This document shows positions 1 through 12,000 of a stretch of 64,000 nucleotides of DNA, piece after piece. Each line of letters starts with the position of its first letter. Positions within the stretch are counted from its first letter, which is position 1. The DNA lies in assembly GCF_964355755.1 (NCBI RefSeq), contig NC_092671.1:23944070-24008069 (forward strand), read 5' to 3'. The stretch comes from Antedon mediterranea. Its lineage: Eukaryota; Animalia; Echinodermata. Below the pieces are notes generated by a model. That model did no database searches. It was not told the DNA's origin and saw only the letters and a program-made list of their open reading frames with translations. Both the position numbers and the translations under genes were made by a program.

Positions 1-3
1 TAC

Positions 4-3000
4 CTGATTGAGTTCCAGATTGCAGAGCTGTAAACATGAATAAATAACAATAAATGAGTCATTTTAACAAAAAATTATAAAATATATCAAAGTTTGATTT
101 TAAAACATACATATTGTATATATTGTGGGCATATTCTAACTTGCAAGGCAAGGCTTTTTTTGCCTGTTTTGTTACAATATCACTAGACCTATTAATTTAG
201 ATTTAAAAACCAGGAAAAAGTTTTAAAGGTAAGCAAAGAATGAACAGTAGATATTTGATAAGTGGTAATTGTACATTTATGTTTTATACCTAGAAATTTA
301 ATAAAATAACAAAATCAGTATATTCATATACATTTTTTTTATATATAAATTATAAATGAAGATGATACTGTAGTATCAAACAAATGCATACCCATATCAC
401 AGAATCTAAACTCAGCAACAACGCCTTGTGCTGAAGTATATCCAAGATAATGTATATCCAGGGGATCCTCATCTAAATACTGCATAAATGGTGGCTCTCC
501 AACACGTCCCATTGAAATAACACTTTCATCAAAGCTTAACCAATAACTTCGAAAATTATCTCCACTCAAATAACCATGTGTATTTTGTTCCGTTCTCATT
601 AAGTTTGGACAATTACTACACTTTCGAATGGCTGAATATTGATTTCTCCAGCCACCCAGAACAATTTCATACATGGCTTCACGGTTAAACTTCTGTTTAG
701 ACAGGCTAAATCTTACTTCACCAGTTGATTTTACATCAAATTGTACATAGGTTATGTCTTCTGGGAAAGCTGCTAAGTCGTAATGGAAGTGAAGAGGTTC
801 ATCTTCTTTACGGAATGTATGAGCATTTGCACACACTATTAGGATGAACAAATAAACATTATTAGTTTTGTTAGAAAGACAAAAAATATACACACATGTT
901 GTTTAAAAATGTAAAATCACTGACTGAAAACATACCTAAGCTGTCAAGCTGGTCAGATAATTCTGTAAATAAAAAATGAAATTTAAATACAAATAAGCAC
1001 AACTTGTGATGGAAAAATAAGTTACTTGAATTTACAACTTTTGAACATTTGTCTTGAGTAAATGATAAGTAGCAATTGAAAAATATTTCTCTAATTGACT
1101 TACCAAGGCCACAGAACTTAAAGTTCATGGGAATGTTTCTTCTTGTCCTAAATCCAATATAGTTGATAATCATAATAGAACTATCTTGCCAATCTAAGAA
1201 TGAATCATCATCACCATATCTGCCAACCATTATGTGACCATCAGCAAATGAGATCCAAAACCGACGTGGTGTATTTTCATTGATGTAAGTTGAGCGTGTC
1301 AGACTATCTGTAGCTAAGGCATCACAATTTTCGCATCTACGAAGGCTGGAAGCTCTTCCTCTTGACTCACCTATTGTTATTATGTACATATCAGGGATCT
1401 CGTAATTTTGAGTGGAAAGAACAATGGTGGCATCTCTTGATCCAGTTAATTCAACTTCAATACGAGATGCCTGGTCAGGTAAATGATTAAGTTGAAAGTG
1501 GTAATCATCATCTGAGCCATCAAGTTCAATCAATGCTGACTGTTCACAACCATCCAATGCTTAAAACAAATCAAAAACAACTTTCTTGTTTACTTGTATC
1601 CGGAGTTCAGCATTTGCTGGGTCCGAAGTCGAGGCTAGGCTATGCCTATAAGCTCCTCTTGAAAATAAGAGGGTGGTTGGACCATGCTCGTATTTATGTT
1701 AGAATATTACTAGAAATACTTAATCACATGATTATGAGAATTTGACTCTAATTTATCTTTTATTTTACTGGCGATTGGATTCACTTCAATTCATTTTAAT
1801 TTGCCTATTATGTCTCTTTATTATGTAATATCTATACATGTGTATTAGTAAAATAATGAAATATGCTTACCTGTGTCAGAGTTTGTTATTGGAACTTGAA
1901 AAAAAGAAAAGTATTTGAAATAATACTATTAATATTGTGATACTGTCTTTATAAGTTATAGTTAATAATATTGTCATTATATCTGTTTAATTTATATGTT
2001 ACAACAAAAAATTATCACTACTTACTAAGATCACAGAATCTAAAGAGGGCAGTAACACCAGTTCTGGCAGCAAATGCTACATATTGAACACTGATTGGCT
2101 GGTCATCTTGATGAGTCAAAAAAGCTGTTGTTTCTCCTTCACGACCAACAGAAATCAGTCCATTCTCAAAGCTGATCCAAAAAGTACGGAAAGATTCATT
2201 GTCAATGTATTTTGAACGTGTTTGATGAGCTTGATCTACGTTACCACAGCTTCGGCACAAGCGTATTGAACATTTTTTACCTCCACTAAATCCAAGGTAT
2301 ACAACATATTCTTTATCAGCTTGATAGATAGAATCACTTAGAAGTACATAGACATCATTTGAACCTTTGACATCAAATTGAATATGAGTTGTTGTAGCAG
2401 CAATTGGGGCAAAATTATAATGGAATTCTTGACTTTCTCCATCTGTATGCATAGTTGGTGCTGCTTGACAAACTGAATTCAATAGAAATACTTCATTAGT
2501 TGGGAAATATTTTTACACTATTTTAATAAAAAGAAAAAGTATTAAGACTAACTTCTAAAAACTGTTGGACTTATTTATTTGCTGTTCTGTGTTGATGGAA
2601 AAATCAAATAGTACACAGACTTTATTACTTGCAATTCCATTCAATTTTGTGTCAACCTAGTTACTATTAGGCTAAAAACATTTTATAGGCGCAATTGGAA
2701 TATATGTATGCTTCATCAGAATTAGTCAGCAGAGAAGGAAACAAAATTGCATGACTAGGCATAGCTAATTAATTAAAGGCCTTTATAGTGTTAGGTCTAA
2801 TAACTATAATAACTCATAAACAATTAACGATGCAACTTAAAGTTGAAGCTTTGAGACTTACAAAGATAATAATAGAAATATCAAGAAATGCATCTGTCTA
2901 CAGAATTAAAAATTACTTAATATTTCAAAATAAAATTTAAAAATAAATTTTATATTAAGAGTGACCACTCTTCACTCATATTTTCTCCCATTTCTCTTTC

Positions 3001-6000
3001 ATTCATCCTTGCTTTTTATGGTATATGCTATGTATTAGAGTATTTCGCTAATAAGCATTAAAACAACTCACCAGAACTTCCAGCAAACTCAGTTGGTGCT
3101 AAAACAAACAAGAAAGTAAGTACACTTAATTAATATACACATTTCATCATGTTATTACTTTGATATTAGTAGTAGTAGTAATTATAATAGTATTATTATT
3201 AAATATATGATTGATTATTCTTTTATATTTCAATACCTCAATAGTCTAAACCAGAGATGATATTAGGTTTTCAAATAATTACAAGAATTTATGTAGAATA
3301 AAATAAATCATTGCTAATAAAACTAATAATCATAGTCATGATTTACTTATCTCTTGTAATTTTGTTAAATACAGGATCTTCTTACAAAGTAGATTTAAAT
3401 GATTACCTAAATTACAGAACTTGAATACTGCTGGTCTATTTCTTCCAGGATGTATACCAACGTATTTTATTTGAAGTGGTTGATCGTCAGTCCATGTTAA
3501 AAATGGTTCATTTAAATCTCCTTGCCCAATAGATATGGTTCCTTCTGACCAACTAATCCAGAAATGTCTTAGTTTGTCATTGTCTAAGAAATTAGACCGT
3601 GCAAGATTTACGTCTACCAAATCACGGCAACCAATGCATCGCCGCATAGATGACCGTCTGCCTCCTGACATACCAATTACAATTTCATACATATTTTCCA
3701 TGTCATGGTTCTGTGATGATAGTGTAAGGAAAATATCTCCGGAACCTTGGACATCAAATGACAACCTTGATGTACTCTCTGGTATCTTTGTAAGTTGGTA
3801 AAGGTATGTAAGCTTCGTTCCATCCATTTCTATCATTGGAGCTGCTTGGCATTCAGTGCTGCCGTTGTTAAAAGATACTTCTAAAAAATAAAAAATATAA
3901 AAAATATTAGACACTTCAAAATGTGGCACTAAGTTTCTATAACGACATTCAATTTTCTCCAAATAATGGTGACCAGAAGAGGTAATATAGATTCTTAACA
4001 ATAAAAGACTGATTTTCTAATTAAACACGTCATAATCTTATATAACATAATGATTGGGTAATTAATTGAACAGAACAATTGATTAAATAAGGATTACCAA
4101 GATTGCAGAATCGAATCTGTCCATGTTCATTTATTTTACTTGTAAACCCAATATAGTTGACATCCAGTGGGGATGTATCTTCATAAGACAAAAACTCTTC
4201 ATTTTCCCCATCACGGCCAACCTTGATGTTTCCATTTCTAAAACTTATCCAATAGCTACGCCATTGGTCAGATGCAAGGAACACACTTCGTCTTAATTGA
4301 TCTGTTTGAGCAAGAACCCCACAGCTGCGACATCGACGGATGTAGGTTCTTCTGCTGTTGCCACTACCAAGTTCAATTTCATACATATCTTCCATATTAT
4401 GATTCTGAGAAGAAAGGCTGATGAAAAGGCTACTGCCAACACGAACATCAAACTGAATCTGATTGGTTCCTCTTGGTAGATGAGCAAGATCATAGGCATA
4501 TATACTGTTTGCACTTAACTCTAATTCTGCATCTGCTTGACATGCTATTATTGAGAAAAAGTAAGATTATATTTCTATGTATTTACAGTAATTGCCATTC
4601 AAATGTGATTACGTGTAACAATTACATGTTGATTATAAAGCTTTCAGTAATGTAAATAATATAAACGGAAATCTTACCATCACTATTTACTACATCAATG
4701 TGAGCTGGAAGAAAAATTATATATATCAAGTATATTGAACATTCTTAAATAATTACAATTAGCTCCAGTATAGAAATAATAGATAGTAGAATAACAACAT
4801 CATCGTTATCCTTACTATACATTATACACATTTAACATTATTTTATTTCACCAAAAAAATAATAGAATAAAATAGCAGCAGAAAACTTGGTTACTTCATT
4901 GTTTTAATCACTAAAAAATTTGTTTCATACGACCAGCATGTAAAACATAAGTGGTCAAATGGTCGTACGAAACAAATTTGTAGTGATTAAAACAATGAAG
5001 TAACCAAGTTTTCTGCTTTTATTTTATTTTATTTATGCTCTACCTTGGTATTGAGCACTCTATCGGTCTGATACTTTCAACCTGAATATATATATTTATT
5101 TATATAGATTAGAAAATCCTAAAAAATAAAATGTTTAAACCATAGAGGAACTATATATAATTCCTTCATGTTTAAACTAATCAAAACTGATCTTACCTAG
5201 ATTACAGAATCTAACTGTTGCCTGAAAGTTCCTTAATACCCTAACACCAACATATTTCACATCTAATGGATTTTCATCCTGCCATTCCAAGAAAGACGCA
5301 TCATCTCCACCACGACCGAGTTTGATATAACCATTATGGAACTCTAACCAGAAGTTACGGAACTCATCTGGAAGAATGAAGCTACTTCTTTGCATGGTTG
5401 CAGTTGCAAGGTTTGAACAATCTTTGCAGCGACGAATGTAGCATGTTCGACCATTTCCATTGCCAAGGACAACTTCATACATGTCTTCCATGGTGTAGCC
5501 ATTACTTGAAAGTCCAATGTAGACATTACGTTGGCCTTGTACATCAAATTCAATTCGGTGTGTAGTTCGAGGTAATTTTTGAAGATTGTACTTGTAATTT
5601 GAATCGCTTCCTGAAAGTCCAATTTCAGGACCAGATGCACAAACTAAATGAAAATTAATTAACAATCAGTTAATATAATAATAAAAAGGACTAGATTTCA
5701 TCAAAATATAGTTTACCACACAACATTTTTGGCTTTATTCTAAACACAAATAATTACTTTATGTGTGTGCAAATTACTGTACAATTTTATAGAATTAAAA
5801 TTACCTTGACTGCCACGGGGTGGTTCTTCACCTGAAAAAATGTAATAAAAGACATGTTTAATACCCTTGTTAAAACTTACAACATATTTGTGTTGATTTA
5901 CAAGTTTTATATTTTAAGTTTATACATTTTCAATTTTCCAACTAGCGTATTTATTCAAATAAACACCCCATTGTTCAGATGAGTTTTTAAAAGGGAGTTT

Positions 6001-9000
6001 ATTGAGGGAGGCATTTATTCAGGGGAGTCGTTTATTTTTGTGGTTGTAATATCGTAACATATATAATTAAATAAATTCCACCGGGATATGAAAAAAAACC
6101 TGGATTTTCTAATACACGGTGCTCTAAAAAATCCAAATAGTATCTATTTAAAACGAATTCTGAAAGCCAGGTTTTCAATAAAAACTTCTATTTAGGGTTG
6201 GCTGACGGGTTTCTGATTTTGGAAGTGTTCAATGATGCATCTTTAATTTTAGTAATTTATATTGAGATTACATTATTGTACGATTGATTTTTACAATAAT
6301 AAAAATACATATACTAAAAATAAAAATATACTAAAAAGAATAATAAAAAACAAAAACTCACCTTCTATCAAAGCCTCTGGGATTACTTCTGTATATGTAA
6401 AAGTATCGATTATTATGTTGTATATTAAAAGATTTAAATAAACTCACCAATAGAAAAATAGATAAATCCCACACGTCAGATATCCTCTAAACCAAAATGT
6501 ACAAATGCATATTAAGAAACACATTTTTAGGTTTTAACTTACCAAAAGACAATGGTTTCACCTTTACATAGAAGTACCCAGACAATAAATAAGAATAGGA
6601 CACAGATATATTACAATAAACACAATTTTAAGTTATGCAAATCACCAGGATTGAATTGAAATACTGATCTCCCTATGCCATAAATGCAATGTACATTATG
6701 ATTGAAAGTAACAAAATAATAAAATCCATTTTATCTTTATTCTCATTTGATACATACACAAATCCACCTCAATGACAATTTTAAAACTGATTGACAAGAT
6801 ATCCCAAAACGTTTCTTTAAAAGATGTATAACACCCTAGCAGAAAGTAAATAACACATTATATTAACACAAAATCCAGTCATGCACAAAAGAAGAAGCAA
6901 TATTGTTACACTGGTACTTGCCAACATCACAGAATCTGATGGCACCATCGCCAGAAAATTTGAAACCAACAAATTGAATTGTCAGAGGATCTTCATCTAC
7001 AAAATGAATAAATGAACCTTCGCCATCACGTCCTACTGATATTGTACCATCTGCAAAATCAATCCAATATCCCCGGAAGATATCATCACTCAAAAATACA
7101 GAACGTGATAACCTGAGATCATCATTTGCACGACAATTGATGCAACGTCGTATCTGAGCCAAACGTGGACTCAGGTAAATCTCATATAAGTCATCTACTT
7201 CATATGTTTGACTTGACAGACTAATGAAAGTATTAGAGGATGTTCTAACATCAAATCGTATTCTTGTTATATTTTCTGGAATTGCCTGAAGTTGGTTAGA
7301 ATAACTTTGAGAAGTGGTTACATCAAACAAGTGATTTAATCGACAAACTGAAAAACAAATTATCATTCGATTATAATACAATTGTCAGGAAAAAAAATTT
7401 GATAAGATTAAAACTAAAACTTATTATTGTCTATAAAAACAGAAAATAAAGTAACGTCATATAAATAAACCATACCTTTACTTCCCTGTTCTAACACTTC
7501 AGCTGAAAAAGGGTAATTAAAAAAAAAGTATTATAAGGTGTTATTTATTTATACTATGCTATATTATTACTCATACAATGAAGACTGTCAATTATGTGAT
7601 GTTACATTAAATGTCTATATGTTCAATGCCTATCCTCACCATGCAGACCTTTGAAATTTGTAACTTACGAAAACTGCAGAACTTGAAAGAAGCAGTAATA
7701 GATCTAGCAGATCTTACACCAATGTAGTTTATTTGCAATGGATTTTCATCTTGCCATTCCATAAAGGCATGTCTATCACCTCCACGGCCAACTGATAAAG
7801 AGCCATTTCTAATCTTTATCCAGTAATTGCGCATCTTTACAGGTTCAAGGTATTTAGATAAGCGAAGATTTATCCGAATGGCCTCCCTGCAGTTTTGGCA
7901 GCGGCGAATTGATGCATCACGAGGTCCAAGTTTAATTTCATACATCTCATCCATGGTATAATATTGAGATGATAGCCCGATGTAAGCTTCGCGTGAACTT
8001 TGAACATCAAAAGTTAATGTATGCATGCCAAGTGGTATTGGGTTCAGTTTAAACTGGTATTTGTCTGTAGATCCATCTATTTGAACTGGTGCTGATTGCT
8101 GACATGCTGCAAATATTGAAAACAAAGACAGTAAAATTGATTATTTCAGAATAAGAGTTATAAAGTTGGTTCTAATATAATTAAAATATACAATTAATTA
8201 AAACATGCATACAGTATACTTAAATAGTTATTATACTTACTTATGCTGCCTTCTTCACTCATGACAGCTGAAAAAAAAACAAAAAAAAACATTTACATAT
8301 GGTATACACTAAAATTAAGTACCATGTCACTGTATTTTATACATTACTAAATGAACTTGAGCGATAATATTACCACAGATATTACTAATAAAGTCATTTC
8401 AAAATTATCTAAAATTAATTCTCAATATGATAGATTAATGTTTATTTCCTTACCTAAATCACACAATCTAAGTTCGCCTTGAACTCCATTATTCATATTG
8501 TAGCCTACATAACGTACATGCAGTGGATCTTCATCAGTCCATTCAACTAATGCTTGCTCAGAACCAGTAAAACCAACACTAATTGTGCCACCACTAAAAT
8601 CAATCCAATAGCCACGGAACTGTTCTTGATCTAAAACGGTTGTCCTTCTGAACCGATGATCAATTGAGTTTCGGCAGTTAAGACATCTACGAATACTTAA
8701 AAGACGGTTACCACTGGCGCCAAAAGAGATGACATATCCTTCATCCATATTGTAAGGATGTGCTGAAAGGACTACATTAACATCACGAGGTGCTTTTATA
8801 TCTAAAGTAAGTCGAGTTGAGCCTCGTGGAATCTTTTGATAACCAAAATGATAAGTGGCATCACTTCTTTCTACCGACCTTATAGGAAAGGCTTGACAAA
8901 CTGAATAAATAAGATAAAAAAATTATATAGAAAATTGAAAGCTTGAATGTTTGGATGGTGAAATCAATATGTTTATTTAGAGTTTATGGTACACCACATA

Positions 9001-12000
9001 TTTGGTTCTGAAAATAATTCTCGAGTTTCTCAACGTTTAAAAAAAAAGTTCTTTATAGTATTATTTACTATTAGTCTTTCACATACTAGTGCATCATCAG
9101 ATATTATTTGGAAAAAGACTTCTAAGTAACAAAATACAAAGTGTATATTGCACCTTAGTAATTTTACAGTCCTTGTCATAATTAAAATCAGTTAGTTATT
9201 GTAAATGAAAGTATGTTACCTGTACTACCAGTTATTTCCTCTTGTATTTGAGCTGTAAGAAAATAATAAAATAAAAACTATTTTAAATTCTATTCAAGTA
9301 CCTGGTTGTACAGTAAATATAGAATGACAAATTGCATTTTTAAAAAATTTACCTATTTCACAAAATCTTAGTGAGACTTCATTATTTCTTATAGTTCTTA
9401 CAGCAACATATCTAACTGGAAGTGGTGTAGGATCAGTCCATTCAGCAATAGGTACCTCATCATTTTCCCGACCAATTTTAATAATTCCATTTGCAAAACT
9501 TATCCAGAAATGGCGGTATTCATCTGGTGCTACCAAAGTAATTCTGTTTTGCATCCGCTGCACCTTGTTTGGACCACCTTTGAACCGACGTATGGATGCT
9601 CCACGGCCTGACCAACCACCTATAAGGATCTCATACATGTCTTCCATTATAAAGGGTTGCTCTGAGAGTCCAATATAAACATCAGCTCTAGATTGTACAT
9701 CAATCTCAAGACGTGTCAATTCCTCTGGAAATTGGCGGAATCCAAAATTGTAACGTAGATCATCTCCATGCATTTGGAATGGATTTGATTCTTGGCAAAC
9801 TTAACAAAAATTAAAATAAAATAGAATTGTAAACAAAATTTTAGGTGTTCATGATACAATAAAATAAATACATAAAATATATATTTATCTAAAAGTATGT
9901 ATTTTAATACATTTTAAATTTATTATAAATAAATAAAAGATAATTACTAAATACATGCTATAGTAGACAAACATTTTGGGTTAATGGAGTACCAATGGTA
10001 TTATCAAGCATTATTATGCTTTTAATAATATATGAAAATAACAAGAAACTAATACTTAATATTACAGATAACAACATATTAGTTTTTAATTAAATTAAAT
10101 ACAGTAAGTGAATAAATTCAGTTTAGTAAAGAAAAGTTATTAAACTTACATGTAGTACCAGCAGTAGACTTGGTAGCTGTAACATAAACAATATAATAAT
10201 TTAATAGGAATAATTAATATCATGGTAGAACAAAAAAAAGCTTGTGTACAGTACTTTTCACATTACGTTAACAATTTGGTAGTAGGAAGTTTTCTTAGAT
10301 ATCTAAATGTATACGAAATACCAAAACCCCTCTTTTTGGAATTACTTCATTTTGAGAGATAGTAGATCATCAAAATAAAGTTATGAATTTTGAAAAATTA
10401 CATACGAGTAGAAAAAAATCTAAAGCAATATTATTTACCCATGTTGCAAAATTGAAAAATAGCAGGCACAGCAGCACGAACTCCTACATATCGAGTAGGG
10501 AGTGGATCAGTATCAAGCCAGCTCATGATTGGAACACTTGAACCTTCTCTACCAATTGAAATGGTTCCATTGCTGAAGTCAATCCAGAAACTCCTGAAAG
10601 ATTCATCATTCACTAAGGGAGCTCGTCGGAATTGCTTATTTGCTCGATCAGGACAGTTCTTGCAACGTCGTATTGATGCATACATGCCTCTGCGTGTACC
10701 TAATGCTATTTCATACATTTCTTCTGTACTGTATGGGTATTGTGATAGAGATATAAATACATCCTGTTGAGCTTGTACCATAACATGTATTTGTTGACTG
10801 TTAGGAGAAACTTCCTGTAGTTGATATGTGTAGTCGTCTTGTCGGCTTTGAATCTGAATAGTTGACCCCTCACATGCTAGGTTTAAGGTTAAAACTATCA
10901 ATATTTAACATAAACTTGAGTAGTCCCAAGAATTAGAACACTGAACCAGATTAACCATACACTCAATTTAGGAAAAAACTAAATTACAAGAAAAAATAAA
11001 CTTTGATGTGTACCACAATTTGATCCAATACAGAGTATGATTCCCAATGCACCAAAGCTAAATGAAACACCATTTAACCGACATACATGATCCAAATCCA
11101 TATTTCTCAAAAATTGAAAAGAAAACCAGATTTACATTTGCATTCACCAAGGGAGTGAATTATGTATTTTTACTGTAACAACCTTTATATGCCTATCACG
11201 AGAAAGAGGTTTAAAAGGCTATAAACAAACATACTGAATATTAATATCCGATTACCTATAACAAAGTCAATAAGCATTGTCTTTAATATTCATGTGAGTA
11301 CTTTATGTTGAACATGAACAGGTACAAAATTGTTTACAGATGATATAATAGTACAGCTGTACAACTAACCAATTATCTCTTAAGTGAAGACACCCTCATA
11401 TGCTGTTCCATTAAATAAATATTATTTGAATTCTGATAAACAATTCAAATTATTGTTTTATACAATAATATGAAATGCATGCTGTTAGAATTTATATTAT
11501 ACGGTAGTATTTTTTAGTATTCATTTTAAAAATAAATAACTGCATGGCATGGTGACAAAATGTTAAACTTTTTAATACTAATTATTAATTTGGGCTATTG
11601 AATTTGACAAGATAGCAAAAAAACAATGTTAAAGGGCAGAATAAAAAGCCTTTGTTCTCTTTGATTTGCACAGAAGTCTCAGAAGGTAAACATTAGTAAA
11701 GGTGTCTAAAAACATAATACTGTAATACTTCTTTAAAAATGGATCAATAAATCAATCAAAGCTTTAAGATAAAATCACTAATATATAAAGTAATACCTTG
11801 AATTAATAATCTATTAACTTTTGCATACGTATAAAGTGTTTAAAAATGTTTTCATGTAAGAGATAATTGGCAAAAACATATAAATACAGACAGACTCAAT
11901 ATTCCCATGAAAAGAGACTAGATTGCCACTGTACTGATAGCATAACCAAAGACAATACTTACTATTGATACCATTTACCTCTGCTTCACCTATACAATAA

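Noticed and set aside
9072-9103. Second hammerhead-like motif on the minus strand (CTGATGA...GAAA)
   Set aside because: The intervening tgcactagtatgt does not form a proper stem II and there is no stem I pairing; probably chance.
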